DNA of 64,000 nt. Origin: a virus. Numbering within the stretch: the stretch's first letter is position 1; every line of letters starts with the position of its first letter. The stretch is taken from IMG/VR virus record IMGVR_UViG_3300031758_000004, positions 1 through 64,000 of that record; one strand, written 5' to 3'. Below are positions 59,001 through 64,000 of the stretch, in pieces. The notes beneath the pieces are model-generated. The model had not been told where the DNA came from, did not search any database, and saw only the letters and a list, made by a program, of their open reading frames with translations. The position numbers were made by a program, and so were the translations under genes.

Positions 59001-59890
59001 CTGATGCTGAAAAGAAAGCTAAAGAATTAGGAGCATCTGATTCTGATATTTCTAGTTATGGTCCAGTATTCGCTTTAATGAGACCACTTTCAAGTGAGGA
59101 ATTAGAAAGAAGAAGAAAATCAAGAGAAGCTGAAATTGAAATTACTAAACCTGGTAAAACAATTAAAGACTTAGAGGAATATGTTAAGAAATGGGGAGCT
59201 AGTATCAACCACCTTGATTATTCAACTAAGAAATGTGCTCTTGATTGGGCTGTCCAAGAAGATGATTTAGAGAAAGCTAAGTATATACTTGAAATGGGTG
59301 CTGATCCAAATGTTAGACAAATTAATGTTAATGGTCAGATGGTTCCTGATAAGAAAACAGCAGTTATTAATGGTGCTAAATCATTAGATATGATTAAGTT
59401 ATTGATTTCACACCAATCAATTGTAACACCAGTAGTTTATGAAACTATCAGTGGTGATATAAATGCGGTTGAGTTCCTATTGGATAATAATGTTGATCCT
59501 AATTTTGAAAATTCACTACCGGTTAGAAGATCTTGTAGAGGTTCATTTGATGACGCTAATTACAAAAGAACTGGTGACAGAGGTGAGAGTTACTTAACAA
59601 CATTTGAATTACTTGTTAAGAGAAATGTTAAGCTAACAGATTCAAGAGGAAGAATGATGGTTCTTAAATGGGCTTCTGAATACGCGAGATTGGATATTTT
59701 AGAATATTGTGCTAATATGGGAATTGAGTTTGGATGGATTCAAGCTTATACTTGGGCATATAACTCAAGAAAATTAAATAATAATGATCTTAAAGAATTA
59801 GCAGACTTCATAATACCTTATATTGAGAAATATGAACCTGAACAATGGAAAGAAACTTCTAAAGATAAAAAATGGCATTTAAGTTTATGA
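56087..59890 (+). CDS. 1267-aa multidomain protein with CTS-like N-terminus, UVR-like motif and C-terminal ankyrin-like repeats
   Basis: MKLKLKDFSQFFEEA; IDDALDSGDYEKVKFL; ALDWAVQEDDLEKAKYILEMGADPN; AVEFLLDNNVDPN. Confidence 0.6.
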   Translation: MKLKLKDFSQFFEEADIKKNIGLPKDFTSRAEEEATKNLGINIDQPTRSRLMEYADKADQLMGRSIPKNQIEEKYTQLENLAKKVIETEYKAVFEFLPIELDIRLIRPGESVMGEMPELGKKQEQPGVRPDYKEEESQSDEEQSDETQSQSQSQEDDDFFSFFGGDDEEQESNEEEDLENIIEPEVTNKDVAMAVDKTQILNMITQGAGKATKDIIKFSELISSELKNILGDNSGEILKLWGLISDEADKGDWTTPIHIKSNLFKDNPGGIAGAVRVLWESKNISYELELLKENSNYSKIVVKAFGVDFPMLIHEAVKGIYMILQSPAIKKNKELAEEIKMATSSYMDEASDFRYGPLAQKMFRDFIYHCKDADRYPNMVERVLYFLAMDIDNNGKFTDEQFLEITKSLFSSFNKVVEGGKIEFTINEERFVESIARTKIEELIKEEVDFEEEMERMEREKDLKSALPSENEPKQPETTVDDEEDEIEKLKRATAQREQDYSNMSPREIQELIDDALDSGDYEKVKFLSQFLKEGKEIYLREIEMLNERIKIREKSKLIKSEFILNENLDKAKKFMKDTYILTTAANKIGLENLFDQSTSDKMKLELGRGEKKILTPNDFTLVDSEKRKELSGVMRTIPVNDDKLRELITTPEFKSIREIKTTVDGKEYQLDRDNIGWLFNFVYFYYAENISLEDLTNLYQQLIENKDILNLLDKPFDLNFIDIKIPNNNEKLIDSLNKLPAQRAYKRLESDLPPHLKRDLKDSPNYIKDQFRDLASSFSELDPELYKGFWGQMMMDDREGSKTFGKVVFRSPISRFKTIIELIQNANGYLNSCGNGSFDEFYKKLQACNMKWGASGAKEVFFEKGILILEVASYEANRMLNGHTTHCIVTSRGQWDGYVNSTNGRLTYENKQYYIYNFNLPSTNNMWTIGVTIQPNSRNYIRAAHNKTDGNVASRLVDILRDWGKEYDINADAEKKAKELGASDSDISSYGPVFALMRPLSSEELERRRKSREAEIEITKPGKTIKDLEEYVKKWGASINHLDYSTKKCALDWAVQEDDLEKAKYILEMGADPNVRQINVNGQMVPDKKTAVINGAKSLDMIKLLISHQSIVTPVVYETISGDINAVEFLLDNNVDPNFENSLPVRRSCRGSFDDANYKRTGDRGESYLTTFELLVKRNVKLTDSRGRMMVLKWASEYARLDILEYCANMGIEFGWIQAYTWAYNSRKLNNNDLKELADFIIPYIEKYEPEQWKETSKDKKWHLSL

Positions 59891-60396
59891 AACATTTAAA
59901 AGAATTTAATCAATGGTTTACATCATCATCAACTGGTGGTGATGTAAATCTTGAATATACAAGTAAAGATAAGATTTACTATAATAGTCACAAAGTTACC
60001 TTAACTCATAATGGTAGAAGTGTTGAAGTAACCGCAAAATTTGATACCGGTGCTAAGTCATCAAGTATTGATTTTGGTGTTGCTGAGAAATTGGGTATAT
60101 CAAAAGAGTTATTAGAAAAATGTAAAGAATTAGAAAAAATTGATAGTATACCACTTACTGTTGGTAAACTTGAGAAAAGTAAAATAGAGTTTTTCTATAC
60201 TAATAAACTTAAAAAAGAATTCCCAGGTGATATATCTTATGTTAAGATAGTTAAATCTTCATCAGGTGTTTCTATTAGAGCTTTTGTTCCAGTACAATTA
60301 AGTTATAATGGTAGAGTAATAAAAACTAATGTTAACCTAAGAAATAGAAAAGGTCTTACTTGTGAGATGTTGGTTGGATTAGACGATATGTTATAA
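59887..60396 (+). CDS. Retropepsin-like aspartic protease with CTS-like N-terminus
   Basis: MKHLKEFNQWF; AKFDTGAKSSSID; RKGLTCEMLVG. Confidence 0.7.
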   Translation: MKHLKEFNQWFTSSSTGGDVNLEYTSKDKIYYNSHKVTLTHNGRSVEVTAKFDTGAKSSSIDFGVAEKLGISKELLEKCKELEKIDSIPLTVGKLEKSKIEFFYTNKLKKEFPGDISYVKIVKSSSGVSIRAFVPVQLSYNGRVIKTNVNLRNRKGLTCEMLVGLDDML

Positions 60397-60458
60397 AAAA
60401 AGTCACTCAATTAGAGTATTTGAAAACATTTCCATTTTAGTAAACTAATATATAGTTT

Positions 60459-61238
60459 ATGGAAAAAGAATGTAGTAAATGTAAAGAAATGAAAGATATA
60501 ACTGATTTTTATAAGAAGAAAAATGGTTATAGAAGTATTTGTAAAAAATGTCATAATGATCAATCAAAATTATATCATGAGATAAATAAAGATGTTATAA
60601 AACAATATAAAAAGGATTGGAGAAATAAAAATATTGATTCAATTTTAGAAAAAGATCAAATACGAAGAAATAATCTCACACAAGAGGATAAATTAAAAAT
60701 ATCCGAGTATAATAAAAAATGGAGAGATGAAAACGAAGATGAACAAAAGTTAAAAAAACAAGAATACTATCAAAACAACAGAGAAGAGTTTTTACTAAAA
60801 TCCAAAAAATATAGAGAGAATAACAAAGATAAAATAAAAGATTATCAATCTAATTATAAAAATATAAAAAATTACAAAAGAAGAGAAAGATTAAAAACTG
60901 ATATTTTATTTTCATTGGAAAAAAGTATAAGAAATTACATATATGAATGCTTTAAAAAAAATGGTTATAAAAAATCATCAAGAACCTATAATATATTAGG
61001 ATGCTCTTTTGAAGAATTAAAATTACATTTAGAGGCAAAATTTGAAGATTGGATGACATGGGAGAATAGAGGATTGTATAATGGTGAATTGAATTATGGT
61101 TGGGATATAGATCATATAATACCATTATCCACAGCAGAAACAGAGGAGGATATAATTAAACTAAATCACTATACAAACCTACAACCCCTATGTAGCTACA
61201 CTAATAGATATATCAAGAGAGACCACTTAGATATTTGA
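60459..61238 (+). mobile_element. Free-standing HNH endonuclease
   Basis: CSKC..CKKC N-terminus; WDIDHIIPLS..LNHYTNLQPL; TAATATATA at 60446. Confidence 0.85.
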
Positions 61239-61932
61239 ATATGATAAAACTATCACAAATATCCTCGTATGGTTTCGGAATAGTCGATAAACCTATAATA
61301 TCATCTTTAACTAACTTACAATGTTTAGACCAAAAATCGTTCCAATTACTATTTTCTATTATTGATAAAAAAACATCAGATTTTGTGAATTTTCCACCCG
61401 CTATACCTATATTATTTCTCCATTCTTCTTTTATCGTTTTCTTTTTCTTACCAACCTCTGTTATGATTGGTTTGTAAGTTAATTTACAAGATTCCAACTT
61501 TAAAGACGATGGTGAAAGAACTAAAATATCTTTTGTTATCCTATCAAACAATTTTTTTCTTAAAAGTGTTGAGAATGTAACAAGGTCTATTAAGTCACCA
61601 ACTTGAGCACCAAAGTTATAACCTTCGATACCAACTTTAGTTGGTTTTTTGATGTCTATATTTTCTAAAATATCTTCAATGATTTGATCAGTTATTTTAT
61701 CATAGTCTTTTAATTTTACCAATTCACCTTCTGAATAGTCTTTAAAATCTCTATATTCAACATACTTATAACTAACATATTGTTCAGCTAACTTAAACCA
61801 TTTAGTCATTCCTTTCTTACCCATCACTTTACTTTCTCTACAATAGTTGTAAATTTTGAATGTATTTCCAGAACTTACCACTAGTGCTGTTGATATAAGT
61901 GAGGGGTCTATTGCTACTATATTATACTCCAT
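61213..61932 (-). CDS. RuvC-like Holliday junction resolvase/nuclease
   Basis: VAIDPSL, IEGY, terminal DICDS; likely start MEYNIV. Confidence 0.65.
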   Translation of the reverse strand: MEYNIVAIDPSLISTALVVSSGNTFKIYNYCRESKVMGKKGMTKWFKLAEQYVSYKYVEYRDFKDYSEGELVKLKDYDKITDQIIEDILENIDIKKPTKVGIEGYNFGAQVGDLIDLVTFSTLLRKKLFDRITKDILVLSPSSLKLESCKLTYKPIITEVGKKKKTIKEEWRNNIGIAGGKFTKSDVFLSIIENSNWNDFWSKHCKLVKDDIIGLSTIPKPYEDICDSFIIFKYLSGLS

Positions 61933-61981
61933 GTGAATATATATCAAAAAATATGTCTTCTATTTTTTAATATATATTACT

Positions 61982-62470
61982 ATGAAATATTTAATGAATT
62001 TTATTATGATGAATGAAAGTATTGAAGGCTATTCTATTGATAAAAGAATGGATAGTGATGATTTTTTAGTTAATTATGAATTTACTGATTTAAATGATAA
62101 TAGATATTTAGTACAATTCAAGAATGATACTGTTGGTCCAAAGTCTAATCCAGTTTTAGGTAAATGTTATGAATTAACATATTATGTTTGGGATGAGGAA
62201 ATCAACAATTGGAATGTTAATAAGTTAGTAAACACAAATCTTTATAAAGTTTTAGTTACGGTATTTGGAACAATACTAAATGACTTTATTAAAAGAAAAC
62301 CTTGGGTCACAAGAATTAGATTTGAGGGACTAGCAAAAGAACAAGAAAGAGAATATGTTACACAAAGAACGAAAGCTTATTTAAGACATTTAAGAAACAA
62401 TCCAGTTCCAAACTTTAGTGTTGAGAATTTTGGAAATAATAGAATAACACTAATAAAAAATAAAATTTAA
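61982..62470 (+). CDS. Hypothetical protein with CTS-like N-terminus
   Basis: MKYLMNFIMMNES; TAATATATA at 61968. Confidence 0.6.
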   Translation: MKYLMNFIMMNESIEGYSIDKRMDSDDFLVNYEFTDLNDNRYLVQFKNDTVGPKSNPVLGKCYELTYYVWDEEINNWNVNKLVNTNLYKVLVTVFGTILNDFIKRKPWVTRIRFEGLAKEQEREYVTQRTKAYLRHLRNNPVPNFSVENFGNNRITLIKNKI

Positions 62471-62472
62471 AC

Positions 62473-62844
62473 ATGAACCGTCCAGAAGTAAGAATAGTTC
62501 AAAATCAAGAGATTGAAACTAATCAAAATCCTAACATTGATAATTGGGAAGCTGAACAATTATTAAGAAAGTATGGATATAAACCGGAAAATTCCAATAC
62601 TTTTCAACAACCTGAACAAATTGAACAACCTGGGATGACATTTGAGGAAATGATTGCTCAAGAAGAAAATAGAAGAAATCAAGAACGAATGAGAATGGAA
62701 CAACAAATGAGAGGTCCTAAACCAGTTTCATTTGATGGTAGAAATGGTTATTATTCACAAACTTCATATGGTACTGATAGTGATTCTGGATTTTCATTCA
62801 AGATTGAAGTTACTAGTGATATGAATATTCCTAAAAATTACTAA
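62473..62844 (+). CDS. Hypothetical protein
   Basis: 123 aa, Q/E/N-rich. Confidence 0.65.
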   Translation: MNRPEVRIVQNQEIETNQNPNIDNWEAEQLLRKYGYKPENSNTFQQPEQIEQPGMTFEEMIAQEENRRNQERMRMEQQMRGPKPVSFDGRNGYYSQTSYGTDSDSGFSFKIEVTSDMNIPKNY

Positions 62845-63194
62845 TTTAATATCTGACTTAATTTTAATTCTCTTAATAACTGAATTAGTATAGGAGATGT
62901 TCTGAATGGAAAATAGTGATTTGGGACTTCTTCATTTAAAAACTTTTTAAAGTTTAAAATTATTGTAGTTTCTTTATAATCTGATTTTGATAAATCAAAG
63001 TGGTAAATTCCCTTTTTAAAAGACTCTTGTAGATGTGATAACGAACACAAGTCATAAAATCCGTTAATAAATCCAAACCATTTTTTCATAAGATATTCTA
63101 AATCATTATTGAATTCATATTCAGATAACTCATTTTCATTTAGTATTTTTAATACCAAATAGTTTTTATCACTTAATGTTATTTTATTATCCAT
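62841..63194 (-). CDS. Hypothetical protein with C-terminal LRELKLSQIL motif
   Basis: 117 aa. Confidence 0.65.
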   Translation of the reverse strand: MDNKITLSDKNYLVLKILNENELSEYEFNNDLEYLMKKWFGFINGFYDLCSLSHLQESFKKGIYHFDLSKSDYKETTIILNFKKFLNEEVPNHYFPFRTSPILIQLLRELKLSQILN

Positions 63195-63973
63195 TCTCTA
63201 CTATTATATAATTCATTTGGTATGGCAACAAAATCTAAACACAGACCAGATACGGTTTGAAAAGATATGCCTTCATTAAATCTTTTAGTAAAATAACCAT
63301 AATCATTTAATAAATTAACTACACTATTTTCATCCTCACCGTAATTTTGTAATTGATCTTCTTCGATTTCTATATAAATTATAGGACGATTTTTCATTAT
63401 AGTTTCTTTAGCACCCAATAAAACTCTTTTTTCATAACCTTGTACATCTATCTTAATTATAGATATATTTTCTATATTATAAGAATCTAATTTATGTAGT
63501 TGAACTAATTCATAATTTTCTTCAACACCAACATGAATATTTCCGAAATTAACAGGACCTTTATCAAAGTAATTGGGTTTTTCTATACTTATAAAACCCT
63601 CATTATCACCTAATGCTACATTAAAACAATGTACATTATCTAATCCATTGAAAAAAACATTTCCGCATAATTGATAGTAAATAATTCTTTGTGGTTCAAA
63701 TGAAAAGACTTTTCCATTATCACCAACTAAATTTGCAAATTCCACAGTTATTTGTCCATTATTTGCACCAATATCAACTACATTTGATCCAGATATATCT
63801 AAGTTGTTATCAACCAAAAATTGATATATCCAAGGTTCGTATAAGGTATTATTAAGAAGAGTTGATGTTACTGCATTATCATTCGGAAATAATAAATACC
63901 TTTTTTCTAAATTATCTCTTTTATTTGATATTGCTTCTATTCTAAATGTTGATTTCATTTGAATTTTATTCAA
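63179..63973 (-). CDS. FkbM-family methyltransferase
   Basis: VVDIGANNG, FEPQ, IKIDVQGYE. Confidence 0.88.
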   Translation of the reverse strand: MNKIQMKSTFRIEAISNKRDNLEKRYLLFPNDNAVTSTLLNNTLYEPWIYQFLVDNNLDISGSNVVDIGANNGQITVEFANLVGDNGKVFSFEPQRIIYYQLCGNVFFNGLDNVHCFNVALGDNEGFISIEKPNYFDKGPVNFGNIHVGVEENYELVQLHKLDSYNIENISIIKIDVQGYEKRVLLGAKETIMKNRPIIYIEIEEDQLQNYGEDENSVVNLLNDYGYFTKRFNEGISFQTVSGLCLDFVAIPNELYNSREWIIK

Positions 63974-64000
63974 ATAAGTAGGTTTGTTTTAAAAAAGGAT

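Noticed and set aside
3537-61477. Many short ORF-track calls overlapping real genes (e.g. 3963-4253, 4487-4702, 10732-10965, 12891-13118, 22579-22836, 31621-31863, 40117-40551, 56412-56621, 61235-61477)
   Set aside because: Antisense or alternate-frame shadows of longer genes, with no motifs or independent starts.
1-64000. CRISPR array, tRNA or rRNA genes
   Set aside because: No regularly spaced identical repeats and no cloverleaf found by eye; the UACUUCG loops near 42620 and 42710 sit in Y-like stems, not tRNAs.

Overview
Very AT-rich, gene-dense segment of a large T4-like (jumbo) tailed phage. The host is most likely Bacteroidota, judging by TTTG-N19/20-TAnnTTTG promoters and A-rich, Shine-Dalgarno-less starts. 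The window holds a Gly-Thr-Ser-repeat fibre gene, a glycosyltransferase/methyltransferase cluster, and replication and nucleotide genes (PolB N-half, gp41/DnaB helicase, DinG-like helicase, NrdA, ThyA, Fpg-like glycosylase, RuvC-like nuclease, DNA MTase). It also holds a Ro60/TROVE gene preceded by two paralogous structured RNAs, virion genes, and nine free-standing homing-endonuclease-like genes plus one relic. Most striking: (1) four conserved genes (PolB, DnaB, NrdA, Ro60) stop right where an endonuclease gene begins. NrdA carries a conventional split intein, DnaB an atypically split intein (37-aa IntN), and PolB and Ro60 show no splicing element. (2) About 15 unrelated proteins share an N-terminal motif resembling the T4 capsid-targeting sequence, mostly behind a TAATATATA motif. 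(3) About 9 small proteins share an R-x-x-K-I/L-x-x-I/L motif, and three of them look like fragments of a gp23-type major capsid protein. All family assignments come from motif recognition by eye; no database searches were run.
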